From NCBI GenBank assembly GCA_963713605.1, contig CAVQMO010000001.1, positions 480,001 to 544,000 on the forward strand: 64,000 bases of DNA, given 5' to 3'. A program made the position numbers and the translations under genes. The DNA is from an uncultured Nitrososphaerales archaeon. GTDB lineage: Archaea > Thermoproteota > Nitrososphaeria > Nitrososphaerales > Nitrososphaeraceae. The notes below the pieces were generated by a model. It had not been told where the DNA came from, searched no databases, and saw only the letters and a list, made by a program, of their open reading frames with translations. Below are positions 1 through 9,590 of the stretch, in pieces (positions within the stretch are counted from its first letter, which is position 1; each line of letters begins with the position of its first letter).

Positions 1-1
1 G

Positions 2-1084
2 TTTTACTCATTCCACGTCTTCTGGCTGCCAATTGCAATGCTAGGTCTCATGGTCGTGCACTTTCCGAGGTTCTTGGTTTTTGATGTTCCTATGGTGATG
101 GCTTTTGCTGGGGCTATAATGATAACGGGAGGAGTTTTCCCTGTGGATATGGGATTAAAATTTGATCCTAATGTTCCACCCGGGATCACAGTTCCAGAAT
201 GGTATCTTACAGGTCTGTACGCTTTCTTGAGAACGATGTATGATAAGTTCGTGACGGGTGTGCTTTGGCCTGGACTCTTCATCTTTACATTGCTAATAAT
301 ACCTTTCGTGGATCGATACAAGAAGTTCTCGTGGAAGGACCGGCCAATCATTACTGCAGTTGGTATCACAAGTCTAGCCCAGATTATTGTTACAACCTAT
401 TGGGGGTTTTATATAGATCCAGATATTCAGAAATCTCTCCTCGCACGACTTGTGATTGACCCTATTTTCTTTTATATTGTAATGGTCTTATTGGTTCCGC
501 TTTCATTCGGTTTCACATATATGATGATAAAGCTAGCGAAGAATGCAGAGTCAAAGGCAAAGGCGCAACCAAAGAAAGCCACGGGAAAAGGTCCGATCAA
601 CCTTCCCGCAAAATGGGTGTATATAGTCTTTATTGGCTTACTCATATTTCAAATATACCTCAATATTTCAGCATACTACGCGGTAGTAAGTGGAATGAAC
701 AACTTTTCGTTGTTCATTGTAGGCTTGATGATGCTGGTATTTGCAGGGATGTTCCATATCTACAGACATGGTCGCGCTATGGAAAAAGCTCCACCACCTT
801 TGCCACCTAAACCTGCAATTCAGCCAAAAGCTCCTTCGCCACTCCCTCAAACGTCTTATGCTACCTACGCTGTGGAACCTAATGTTGAAAAGCCTTTAGC
901 TCCTCAGCAAGCGCAAAAGACTCAACCTTCAATTGGTTCATATCAAAACACTAAGTCTTCCTCATTAAGTGCCGATGGCAATGCTGACAATAGCGTTTCA
1001 AAGCAAGTGGGACTTACTCAAGACACCACTTCTTCAACTAAAATAGATAATAACGATAAAGCCCGAAATGAACACGACGGTTAA
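2..1084 (+). CDS. petB: Cytochrome b/b6 of complex III, C-terminal part (5'-truncated by the window edge), with extra TM helices and a Pro/Ser-rich tail
   Basis: Frame is open from base 2 (FYSFHVFWLP..VVHFPR, heme His pair); PEWY motif in VPEWYLTGLYAFLR; several TM helices. Confidence 0.9.
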   Translation, partial: FYSFHVFWLPIAMLGLMVVHFPRFLVFDVPMVMAFAGAIMITGGVFPVDMGLKFDPNVPPGITVPEWYLTGLYAFLRTMYDKFVTGVLWPGLFIFTLLIIPFVDRYKKFSWKDRPIITAVGITSLAQIIVTTYWGFYIDPDIQKSLLARLVIDPIFFYIVMVLLVPLSFGFTYMMIKLAKNAESKAKAQPKKATGKGPINLPAKWVYIVFIGLLIFQIYLNISAYYAVVSGMNNFSLFIVGLMMLVFAGMFHIYRHGRAMEKAPPPLPPKPAIQPKAPSPLPQTSYATYAVEPNVEKPLAPQQAQKTQPSIGSYQNTKSSSLSADGNADNSVSKQVGLTQDTTSSTKIDNNDKARNEHDG

Positions 1085-1148
1085 TCAACTTCAATACCAA
1101 AGAAGCTTTATATGTGAAATGTCTCCACCACATAGAAAGCATAGGTAG

Positions 1149-1610
1149 ATGACTAATAATGTTGCAGGGATCAGCATCATGGCCTTTGTTGTTTCTGTTG
1201 CCATAAGCGTAGGCTACTATCAATTTGTCTATATCCCACAAGCAACGGCAACTCCGGTGGTACCTGAAGAGGTTCTTAACCCCACAGAATCTGTAGAAAT
1301 ATCCATATCAGTAGGTTCTGCACAGCCATCACAGACCGAAAACTTTGTTCCGAAGGAAGTAGAAGGGGCATTGGGTTTATCAAACAAGTTCGTTTGGACA
1401 AACGACGATTCAGTTCCTCACACAGTGACCTCTGATACAGGATATGAAGATCCTGTCAACGGGGCATTCAACAGCATGGATACTATTGGTCTTATTCCTG
1501 CCAATGAAAAGTATGAGTTTACATTTACTGAAGTAGGTGAGTTTCCATATCATTGTGAGCCACACCCATGGATGACAGGAAAGGTTACCGTGGCCGAGGG
1601 AAGATTCTGA
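1149..1610 (+). CDS. Membrane-anchored type-1 blue copper (plastocyanin-like) protein
   Basis: N-terminal TM helix; ligands PHTVTS ... YHCEPHPWM (H, C, H, M). Confidence 0.9.
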   Translation: MTNNVAGISIMAFVVSVAISVGYYQFVYIPQATATPVVPEEVLNPTESVEISISVGSAQPSQTENFVPKEVEGALGLSNKFVWTNDDSVPHTVTSDTGYEDPVNGAFNSMDTIGLIPANEKYEFTFTEVGEFPYHCEPHPWMTGKVTVAEGRF

Positions 1611-1673
1611 TAATCATAGCATTCAAGATGTGTTTAATTGAAGCAGAACACGAACAATCTATAACTTCCAGTA

Positions 1674-2042
1674 TTACTTGCTAAGGATAAGGTAGGAGAT
1701 ATCGCTAGCTATTTCTTTATGTTCTTGGATTATGGATACCCTAAACTTGACCTTAGTGGAGGCATCGAGGGGAATATGATTGGTCCTCGCTATAAAGGTT
1801 ATTTTTTTCTGCCCAGAAATGTCTTTTTCAAATATTGAAAGCCTTGGGTAAGGATAATCTATCTTTCTTCCATTGAGCTCTACAAATCCAAAGGTACCGC
1901 TAGAATCTTCTATTTGTGAATTTATAACAACAGTATCATATCTGGAATTGTATGCAAGATTGATAGTTCCATGGATATCCTGGTCTGAAGTCACTTGCTC
2001 CTCTGTCAATTCAATTGAGATTGGACTGCTACTGACGTTCAT
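1674..2042 (-). CDS. Hypothetical protein, beta-strand-rich
   Basis: ORF 1674..2123; internal ATG at 2042 is the more plausible start. Confidence 0.65.
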   Translation of the reverse strand: MNVSSSPISIELTEEQVTSDQDIHGTINLAYNSRYDTVVINSQIEDSSGTFGFVELNGRKIDYPYPRLSIFEKDISGQKKITFIARTNHIPLDASTKVKFRVSIIQEHKEIASDISYLILSK

Positions 2043-2141
2043 TTTTAGGTTATAGAAATTATTCGAAATATTTGTTTTACTAGATGATAGGCCTTGACTT
2101 AAAGCATTTGGCTCAAAGTACAAGATATTAAATTAGGGCTA

Positions 2142-2975
2142 GTGAATGAAGAGCATGTAATATCGGTTGTGAGGCAGGATATTTCAATGAATCTGGTCCA
2201 TATGGATGAATACACTATACGATATTTATCGGGTAATAATTTTAATCCAAAGAGTAAGAGGATACTGGTTCTATTGCATGGAATAGGTGCCTCTGCAGAG
2301 AGGTGGGTACCCGTATTTCCTGGTTTATCAAAGAAGTTTGAGGTAATAATTCCTGATATAGTTGGTTTTGGATATAGCGATAAGCCGACCGTTGAGTATA
2401 CGATGGAGTTCTTTGTCGAATTCCTCGAAAGATTCATGAAGGCCCTTTACATCCAACAGGCCACTTTTATTGGATCATCGTTCGGAGGTTTTCTAGCAAC
2501 AGAATTCACGATGAAATTTCCCAGTCAAGTAAATAAACTAGTTCTCGTTTCTCCCGCAGGGACTATGAAGACGTCGACTCAAACCCTTGATGAATATATA
2601 ATGGCCGCTCTCTATCCCACTTATGAAAACGTTGCAAAAGCCTTTTCACATATGACTTACAATTCGGAAGTCGTACCTGAGTCAACGATACGCGATTTCA
2701 TTAACCGAATGAGACTCCCTAACGCAAAGTATGCATTCATGTCGACCTTGTTAGGGATTAGAGATTCTCCTGACCTTGCTGGCCGATTGTCAAAAATAAA
2801 CGTTCCAACACTATGTATCTGGGGAGAACACGATCAGATGATTCCATTCCAGTATTCGGCCGCCTACGGCGATATCCCAGGATGTACTACTAAAGTTATG
2901 AAGGGCTGCGGACACACTCCACCCATAGAAAATCCTGAGGAGTTTACAAAGATAGTCCTAGATTTTTTACAGTAA
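2142..2975 (+). CDS. Alpha/beta hydrolase
   Basis: LLHG oxyanion motif, GSSFGG nucleophile elbow, WGEHD acid, GCGHTP His. Confidence 0.9.
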   Translation: MNEEHVISVVRQDISMNLVHMDEYTIRYLSGNNFNPKSKRILVLLHGIGASAERWVPVFPGLSKKFEVIIPDIVGFGYSDKPTVEYTMEFFVEFLERFMKALYIQQATFIGSSFGGFLATEFTMKFPSQVNKLVLVSPAGTMKTSTQTLDEYIMAALYPTYENVAKAFSHMTYNSEVVPESTIRDFINRMRLPNAKYAFMSTLLGIRDSPDLAGRLSKINVPTLCIWGEHDQMIPFQYSAAYGDIPGCTTKVMKGCGHTPPIENPEEFTKIVLDFLQ

Positions 2976-3034
2976 GCTCATTGTGAAGCGCTCGGTGATA
3001 ATATTAAATAAATGTACCGAACTGATCTCTATCA

Positions 3035-3331
3035 ATGACTGAAAATGATAGTAACTCTTTCGACTCCTTAAGAAAAGCAGTTGAACAGGGAAATGAAGCC
3101 CAACGGGAATTTATGAAAAAGTTGACTTCGGTCCAGCAGGATGCAATGCTTAATTATATCTCAACTATGCAAAATGCTTTGCATTTTAATGCAATGTTCA
3201 AAACTACCGTTCAGAGCGGAGGAAGGATATCAATCCCCGAGGCTGAAAGGATCGCTCTAAACATTGAGGAAGGCGATCTGGTCCAGGTGATCGTAACACC
3301 CATACTAAGAAGAAAGAAAGGCACGGAGTAA
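3035..3331 (+). CDS. AbrB/MazE/SpoVT-domain protein, PhaR-like
   Basis: C-terminal TTVQSGGRISIPEAERIALNIEEGDLVQV AbrB motif; helical N-terminus; adjacent to phaE. Confidence 0.8.
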   Translation: MTENDSNSFDSLRKAVEQGNEAQREFMKKLTSVQQDAMLNYISTMQNALHFNAMFKTTVQSGGRISIPEAERIALNIEEGDLVQVIVTPILRRKKGTE

Positions 3332-3482
3332 GATTGTCAACTGCTATGCCCATAAACTCACATTCGTCTCACCCAGAACGCTTGTATCCCTATCGGCGAT
3401 TTCTTCGACTACAAGTCTCATGTCTTCCACCCCACTTTTGCATTATGCCATCATAGACATTGGGTTCATCGCAAGACACAGA

Positions 3483-4070
3483 CTAACTCTCCATCTTACT
3501 AATAGTTGTATCCAGCTTCTCACTCAAATCCATCACCGATTTACGCAAGTCATGCAGATCTTTTGATATCATGTCCAATTCCTTTCTTGTAGGAAGATTT
3601 AGTATGCCAAGCGCTCTTTGAGACGAGGCCTGGATTTGCTTTAACAAGTCCATCTGTTTGTCCAACAGATCTCGATAAGTTAGCGCAAATTCCTTGGAAT
3701 TAAATAACCTAGTAAACTCTTCTTCAAAGGAATCTATCATTAATTTTCTGTAACCATCTAGATCTTTTTTGGTTTTAATATCTAGTAATGAAGAGGAAGT
3801 CTTCTCATTTATTCTCAAAACCGCATTAATGTAGGCCTGGTTAACCTGCTTCCAATACTGACCAAGAGTAATCTGAGATTTCATTATTGTCTCAGCTAAG
3901 TTGGCAACCTGAGCGTTCTCGTCCTTGACATTACCAAAGAAGGAGAATAGAGGACCTATTGTTGGTAGTTTAAAAATTTCTTCCCAAATTCCCAGCATAC
4001 TTTTGCCGAACTCATCTTTGCCTTCAAGACCGCGCCGTATTTCCTCCCCCACTTGTTCGTCTGACGCCAT
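3483..4070 (-). CDS. phaE: Class III PHA synthase subunit PhaE
   Basis: C-terminal LNLPTRKELDMISKDLHDLRK PhaE-type motif; helical body. Confidence 0.75.
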   Translation of the reverse strand: MASDEQVGEEIRRGLEGKDEFGKSMLGIWEEIFKLPTIGPLFSFFGNVKDENAQVANLAETIMKSQITLGQYWKQVNQAYINAVLRINEKTSSSLLDIKTKKDLDGYRKLMIDSFEEEFTRLFNSKEFALTYRDLLDKQMDLLKQIQASSQRALGILNLPTRKELDMISKDLHDLRKSVMDLSEKLDTTISKMES

Positions 4071-4233
4071 ACTTATTCTTATTATGGTTTACCCGAATTT
4101 GTAGCTATTGAAATTTAGGGACCGTTCAGGCTTTTTTCATAAACAAAAACTAAGAATTTAATAAGGAATAATCCTTGGAAATTACAAAGCGGAAGAATGC
4201 CACCTTGTACATACTCGAGAGTTCGTTTACGTT

Positions 4234-4323
4234 GGGCTCGTAGACTCAGCTTGGATAGAGCGCCTGCCTTCTAAAGCTAGTGAAGAAAGCCGGAAGTCGA
4301 GGGATCGAAGCCCTCCGGGCCCG
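4234..4323 (+). tRNA. tRNA-Arg(TCT) with a 14-nt intron at 37/38 (4274..4287)
   Basis: Acceptor GGGCTCG/CGGGCCC; anticodon TCT 4270-4272; BHB central helix CTTC/GAAG; T arm GAGGG-ATCGAAG-CCCTC. Confidence 0.9.
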
Positions 4324-4400
4324 CTATAACTTGAGATACTCTAGAACCTTAGAATGTCTCTTCAATGCATTATAAACAATTTTAAGTAGGCTTCCTACAA

Positions 4401-5081
4401 ATGTTGCTGACCAACTTGGTAACTGAAAGGCATCTGCAAGAATTGATTAAACAAGCTAGGGATGGCTTGGATAAGCGACAATTCACGCAGTCAGCTGAAT
4501 TGACTCTTATTTTGAAGGATATTGATGTTAAAAGGGGTTTTAGTCTAAACGAAGTGGTGAACTTACCCCACAAATCAAATGATGAGTCTGCGATTTGCCT
4601 AATCGGCTCCGGAGACTTAGCAATGAGAGCCAGGAAAATGGGTATTCCAACAATACTAGAACCTCAAGAGCTCGACCGATTGGGAACTAATAAAAGAGAG
4701 GCGAGAAAATTAGTTAGAAAGCATGATTTTTTCTTGTCTGATACTTCCTTAATGGCATCAGTAGGAAGGTCTATCGGACAGTTTCTTGGTCCGAAAGGCA
4801 AGATGCCCACTCCGCTGCCATACGGCGCTCCTCTTGAATCAATTGTCAATCGTTTTCAAGGCTCTATAAGACTGAGAATCAAGAATCAATTGAATGTTTC
4901 TGCTAGAGTTGGAGATGAGAATATGGATGATTCCTCGTTGGCTAACAATGCAATTGCAGTAGTTTCGGCACTTGAAAAGAAACTCCCTCAAGGAGAGAAG
5001 AATATACGTGCCGCCGTCTTTAAATTTACAATGGGTAGGCCGGCAAAGACGGGCGCTTCTAAAGGGGAATCTGCGGGATAG
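4401..5081 (+). CDS. rpl1: 50S ribosomal protein uL1
   Basis: RQFTQSAEL, LGPKGKMPTP, KFTMG motifs. Confidence 0.97.
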   Translation: MLLTNLVTERHLQELIKQARDGLDKRQFTQSAELTLILKDIDVKRGFSLNEVVNLPHKSNDESAICLIGSGDLAMRARKMGIPTILEPQELDRLGTNKREARKLVRKHDFFLSDTSLMASVGRSIGQFLGPKGKMPTPLPYGAPLESIVNRFQGSIRLRIKNQLNVSARVGDENMDDSSLANNAIAVVSALEKKLPQGEKNIRAAVFKFTMGRPAKTGASKGESAG

Positions 5082-5085
5082 TAAC

Positions 5086-5979
5086 ATGGTCGAATCTAGT
5101 ATTATGAAAAGCGGCAGAAGGAGTTACCCTAAGAAGAAGAGGCTTATGTATCAGGAGATGATGAAATTCCCCAAGGAATACAAGGTATTGGCCATCTCAA
5201 ATCTGAATAAAGTTAGGGCAAGTCAATTAATGCAGCTTAGAAAAAAATTTCGTGCCGATATGAAGTTGAGGGTTGTTAAGAACAAAGTAGTACAGAGAGC
5301 ATTTGAAAAGATCGACGATATTCCTCGACTACCCGAATTCAGCAATAGACTGGAAGGCCAATGTTTGCTTCTGTTTACTAATACCAATCCTTTCCGACTT
5401 AATCTCATTTTTGATAAAAGTAAAATATTTCTACCTGCAAAGGGCGGAGATATTGCCCCTACTGAAATCATTGTTCATGCCGGAAACACCGGGATTACTC
5501 CAGGACCAGTCCTTTCAGAGTTCAAAGAAGCCAATGTTCCAACCAAAATTGACCAAGGGAGTATTTGGGTGGTAAAAGATACTCGTGTTGCTAGGCCAGG
5601 TGACCAAATATCTCAGAAATTAGCTTCCCTTTTAAGCAAATTGGATATAAAGCCCATTGAAGCAGGCATCTCAGTAAGTTCTGCTCTTGCAGATGGTCTA
5701 CTCTTTACGGAAGAGGATCTAAAAATTGATCTAGATGCCTTTGTTAAGGAAATGGCAAAAGGAGCCTTCGAGGGCTTAAATTTGGCTATTGTATGCGGTT
5801 ACCTTACCCCAGAAACAGTAAGGCCATTGATACTTCAAGCGGGAGATGAGGCTTTGAATTTATCAGTTTCGGCTGGATACCTAACCAAGGACACTATAAA
5901 ACCAATTCTATTGAATGCTCACGCTCAGTCTCTAAGTGTTTCGAAAATCGTTAAAGAAAAGGGCTACAGCGTAGCCTAG
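5086..5979 (+). CDS. rpl10: 50S ribosomal protein uL10 (P0)
   Basis: VVKN, AGNTGITPGP, LDIKPI motifs; ATG at 5086 just after the rpl1 stop. Confidence 0.95.
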   Translation: MVESSIMKSGRRSYPKKKRLMYQEMMKFPKEYKVLAISNLNKVRASQLMQLRKKFRADMKLRVVKNKVVQRAFEKIDDIPRLPEFSNRLEGQCLLLFTNTNPFRLNLIFDKSKIFLPAKGGDIAPTEIIVHAGNTGITPGPVLSEFKEANVPTKIDQGSIWVVKDTRVARPGDQISQKLASLLSKLDIKPIEAGISVSSALADGLLFTEEDLKIDLDAFVKEMAKGAFEGLNLAIVCGYLTPETVRPLILQAGDEALNLSVSAGYLTKDTIKPILLNAHAQSLSVSKIVKEKGYSVA

Positions 5980-6013
5980 ATTAATATTATATAGTAATCT
6001 AGGTGAACTCTCT

Positions 6014-6034
6014 AAAAATTAAAAATTAAAAATT
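6014..6034 (-). terminator. (AAAAATT)x3, oligo-T tracts on the minus strand, probable rpl12 terminator
   Basis: Three tandem 7-mers ~25 nt past the rpl12 stop, between convergent genes. Confidence 0.45.
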
Positions 6035-6058
6035 TAAGATTAGGTTAATTCAGTTAGC

Positions 6059-6364
6059 CTATCCAAATAGTGCAGACAGTCCTTCCAATGCTTCTTCCTC
6101 CTTCTTTTCCTCCTTCTTTTCCTCTTCCTTTGATTCCGTAGGTTGAGGCGAGGTCGCAGCCGGTGATGTTACAGGACCAGGCACAGAAACAGGACTGCTC
6201 TTTAGGGCTTCGTCGATATTTACCTCACTCAAGGCGGTAACGAGAGACTTTATTCGCACGTCATCTGGAGTTACTCCGGTAGCCTTTATGACATTCCTTA
6301 CATTATCCTCGTTTATATCCTGTTTCAGTTTGTGTAACAATAAAGCCGCATACATATATTCCAT
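6059..6364 (-). CDS. rpl12: 50S ribosomal stalk protein P1/L12
   Basis: MEYMYAALLLH start; acidic tail ending EGLSALFG. Confidence 0.97.
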   Translation of the reverse strand: MEYMYAALLLHKLKQDINEDNVRNVIKATGVTPDDVRIKSLVTALSEVNIDEALKSSPVSVPGPVTSPAATSPQPTESKEEEKKEEKKEEEALEGLSALFG

Positions 6365-6412
6365 AGTAGAATTTGGTCTATGCTTGACCATAATATAAAA
6401 CTTTCAATAGCC

Positions 6413-6916
6413 CTATAGAATCCGTGTACTTCTTGCGACCGCATAAACATGTTCCTTCAAGTCTCTTTCGTAAAGAGAGTTCATTTTTTCTAACAGGACA
6501 GTCCTCGCATATTGCCTTTCTTCCTCCGTAGTCGCTCTGAATATACGTGAGAATAAATCTGGAATATTCTCGCGTATCCAGCCATCTAGTACGAAGTATC
6601 TTTTTTCGTTTATCCAAGTAGTCTTAGTATTATCCAAATCAATTTCATCGCTGAAGGCCCCACTTTCCACCCGATCAATGAGCATAAATATACAGTTATT
6701 TGGGTCTGGATCATGAAGTACTTGTGTAGGCCTACCTTCCGCTATTCCCGATTTAACTCTCTCCATCAAACCAATTGGACGGATAAATGAGCCAAGGACT
6801 GATAGCTTTTTCCCGTTAACTTCATGGACTCTACCTATGACTATAATACGGTAGTCATTTTCGTTCTGTGCTGCAAATATATAATCTCCACGCTTTATCC
6901 GCCCACGCCCGAACAA
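6413..6916 (-). CDS. Hypothetical protein co-oriented upstream of rpl12
   Basis: 167-aa ORF with protein-like composition. Confidence 0.8.
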   Translation of the reverse strand: MFGRGRIKRGDYIFAAQNENDYRIIVIGRVHEVNGKKLSVLGSFIRPIGLMERVKSGIAEGRPTQVLHDPDPNNCIFMLIDRVESGAFSDEIDLDNTKTTWINEKRYFVLDGWIRENIPDLFSRIFRATTEEERQYARTVLLEKMNSLYERDLKEHVYAVARSTRIL

Positions 6917-7095
6917 TATCTATACAAAAACATCAGGTGAAATTATAGTTTTTGATCATGACTATTTTGCTGGGGATTAGACAATTAAGAAATTTAACAA
7001 CTTGACCAGGTTTCATTTATCTCCCGTTCTTTAGTATGAAATATTCGAAAAAACTACATTTATTAATCAGATCACCTGCAGTATGATTGTAAAAC

Positions 7096-7566
7096 GTGCA
7101 AAGATTCGACGACTTAGATATGAAGATCTTGACCGAGCTTACACGCGACGCTAGCATTTCGATTCCTCGCCTTAGTAAGAAATTGGACGTAAATGCATCC
7201 GTTTTGTATAGTAGGATTAAGCGTTTGTCCAAACGCGATCTTATTCAGAAATTTACAGTTATAATAAACGAAGGTATGCTAGGTATTAGCGTACGAGCCA
7301 TTGTTGGGATAAACAGAGATCCTAAGCAAAAAGAGAGGATTCATGCAGAGCTTCTAAAAATTCCGGAGATAAGATCAATTTCTGAAGTTACAGGTAGATT
7401 TGATATGGTTGTCACTGTGAACGCCAGAACCTTGGAGGAACTACACAATGTTGTAATAGAGCTGATAGGGAAAATTGAGGGAATTCAGAATACTGAAACC
7501 TTTGTAGAGATGCAGAGAACTGATAAAGACCCCGCCTACGGACTGCAACAACAGATAGTAAGGTAA
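7096..7566 (+). CDS. Lrp/AsnC family transcriptional regulator
   Basis: DDLDMKIL..HTH..RIKRL; VTGRFD ligand domain. Confidence 0.95.
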   Translation: MQRFDDLDMKILTELTRDASISIPRLSKKLDVNASVLYSRIKRLSKRDLIQKFTVIINEGMLGISVRAIVGINRDPKQKERIHAELLKIPEIRSISEVTGRFDMVVTVNARTLEELHNVVIELIGKIEGIQNTETFVEMQRTDKDPAYGLQQQIVR

Positions 7567-7644
7567 CAATTAGAAATTAGAGGTTCTCGGTTTCTTTTGC
7601 GTTATCTTCAAATATCCGAATCCTATGTCTAATATTGAAAGTAG

Positions 7645-7827
7645 TTGGCCGTAGTACAGCGAAAATTTACTGAGATAATACAGACGCTCAAGTTAGCGAA
7701 GAAGACAAGCAAAGATGACTATGTAACTCATATGCGATTAGTCTTACTTGGTCTAGGGATAGTGGGAGGTATTGCTTTTGTCATCAAGTTAATTGCAGAA
7801 TTTATTACGTTTGGCGGCAGACAATAA
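7645..7827 (+). CDS. secE: Preprotein translocase SecE/Sec61-gamma
   Basis: LKLAKKTSKDDY followed by a single TM helix (GLGIVGGIAFVI). Confidence 0.85.
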   Translation: MAVVQRKFTEIIQTLKLAKKTSKDDYVTHMRLVLLGLGIVGGIAFVIKLIAEFITFGGRQ

Positions 7828-7991
7828 CCAAATCTGTTTCCTGTAGTGTTAAAAGATGAGTTACGACTGAGGATTGTTCTGCATCATTTCATGACAAGGA
7901 AGAAAGAGCCACTAGTTTAGAGTTTTTTCTGGATTGGAACTACTCCCTCTCGAAGTGTTTTAATCACCCTCTGCCTTTAAGTTGGGTATTA

Positions 7992-9032
7992 TTGCTGAGT
8001 CAGGATATAAGCATTGCAACTATCGGTTCCCACTGTGCATTGCAGTTAATGAAAGGAGCAAAAGATGAAGGCTTCAAAACAGTTCTAGTGTGCAAAAAGG
8101 ACAGAATATCTCTGTACAAGCGATTCAAGTTTATAGATGAAATCTTCGAAATTGAACAGAATTCAGAATCAATATCCCCAGAATGCCAGGAATACCTTAA
8201 GGAAAATAATTGTATTTTGATACCTCACGGATCACTTATAGCATACTCAGATATTGATTATATTGAACAGCTCTCTGTACCTATTTTCGGTAACAAATGG
8301 ATATTGAGATGGGAAGCAGATAGAAATCTAAAACAAGAATTGATGATAAATGCTGGACTAACTACTCCTCAGGCAGTGAAATCGAAGTTTGACATAGATC
8401 GGCTATGTATAGTGAAGTTGCACGGAGCTGCTGGAGGGAGAGGATATTTCTTAGCTTGGAATAGGGAAACCTTTGAAAAAGGGGCTCTTAATCTAATAAA
8501 CCAGAATGTAATCAAAAGTGAGGATGATCTGTATATTCAGGAATATGTAATGGGAGTTCCGGTCTATCTTCATTATTTTTATTCCGCAATTAAAAATGAA
8601 ATAGAATTCCTTGGTGTTGACAGAAGATACGAAACTGATATAGATGGACTGGGAAGAATACCGGCCAGCCATCAATTGGGGATAGGAATTCAGACCTCGT
8701 CGTATAATGTGATTGGAAATTTCCCTCTTGTCCTAAGAGAGTCTCTGCTGGGAAAAGTGTTTTCAATGGGTGAGGACTTTGTGCAAGCCGCCAAGCAGCG
8801 AGTACCTCCAGGAATGATAGGTCCGTTTTGCCTTGAAGGCGTCTGCGATGCGTTAGGGAATTTCGTTACTTTTGAATTCTCTGCGAGGATTGTTGCGGGC
8901 ACCAACCTATATCTGATGGGATCGCCTTATTCTAGCCTCATCTATGATGATCCAATGAGTATGGGCAGAAGGATCGCCTTGGAAATAAAAAATGCTCAGA
9001 AGAATACTGATTTGAAAGTTGTTCTTACATAG
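7992..9032 (+). CDS. purP: PurP-family ATP-grasp (FAICAR synthetase)
   Basis: IGSHCALQ, IPHGS, GGRGYF, FEFSARIVAGTN, MGRRIA. Confidence 0.93.
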   Translation: MLSQDISIATIGSHCALQLMKGAKDEGFKTVLVCKKDRISLYKRFKFIDEIFEIEQNSESISPECQEYLKENNCILIPHGSLIAYSDIDYIEQLSVPIFGNKWILRWEADRNLKQELMINAGLTTPQAVKSKFDIDRLCIVKLHGAAGGRGYFLAWNRETFEKGALNLINQNVIKSEDDLYIQEYVMGVPVYLHYFYSAIKNEIEFLGVDRRYETDIDGLGRIPASHQLGIGIQTSSYNVIGNFPLVLRESLLGKVFSMGEDFVQAAKQRVPPGMIGPFCLEGVCDALGNFVTFEFSARIVAGTNLYLMGSPYSSLIYDDPMSMGRRIALEIKNAQKNTDLKVVLT

Positions 9033-9086
9033 AATTCATCGTTGGATGATAAATCGGGCCGAAGAAAAAATCAAGAAGTTCCCCAA

Positions 9087-9590
9087 TTATCCACCTGTCA
9101 ACCTAGCGAATTTTCCTTTCCTTTTAGTACTTGAGATAAAGTCTAGATTAGCCAGAGCTATCTTTGCTGATTCACGAACTTCCTGGCTTTCATCAGATAA
9201 TGCCTGCTGAAGCGGATCTCTCCCTTGCTCTGAACCGATCACCCCTACTGCGATAGCAGCTTCGTGCCTAACAAACAAGCTAGGATCTGAATTGATTGAA
9301 TGGGACAATGTAATCAATGCGTCAGTGAAACCCAGTTGTCCCAACGCAAAAGCTGCCTCATGTCTAACCAACGAGTCTTTATCATTTTTTAACGAGTCAC
9401 TTATAGCATTCACGACTCTTCTGCCACCTATTTCAGCAAGTATGCAAACTGCCCTTGTTCTGATTACATTGTCTTCATGATCAAGTAATCGTTTGAAGTA
9501 TTCAATATCTCTATTATCAAAATGCTTCTCCATCTTGCAAAGTAACCCAATACGGGATTTGTCAAATTTAGTATTTTGATTGTTATTCAA
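9087..9590 (-). CDS. HEAT / PBS-lyase repeat protein
   Basis: Repeated VRHEAAFALG / VRHEAAIAVG. Confidence 0.9.
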   Translation of the reverse strand: MNNNQNTKFDKSRIGLLCKMEKHFDNRDIEYFKRLLDHEDNVIRTRAVCILAEIGGRRVVNAISDSLKNDKDSLVRHEAAFALGQLGFTDALITLSHSINSDPSLFVRHEAAIAVGVIGSEQGRDPLQQALSDESQEVRESAKIALANLDFISSTKRKGKFARLTGG

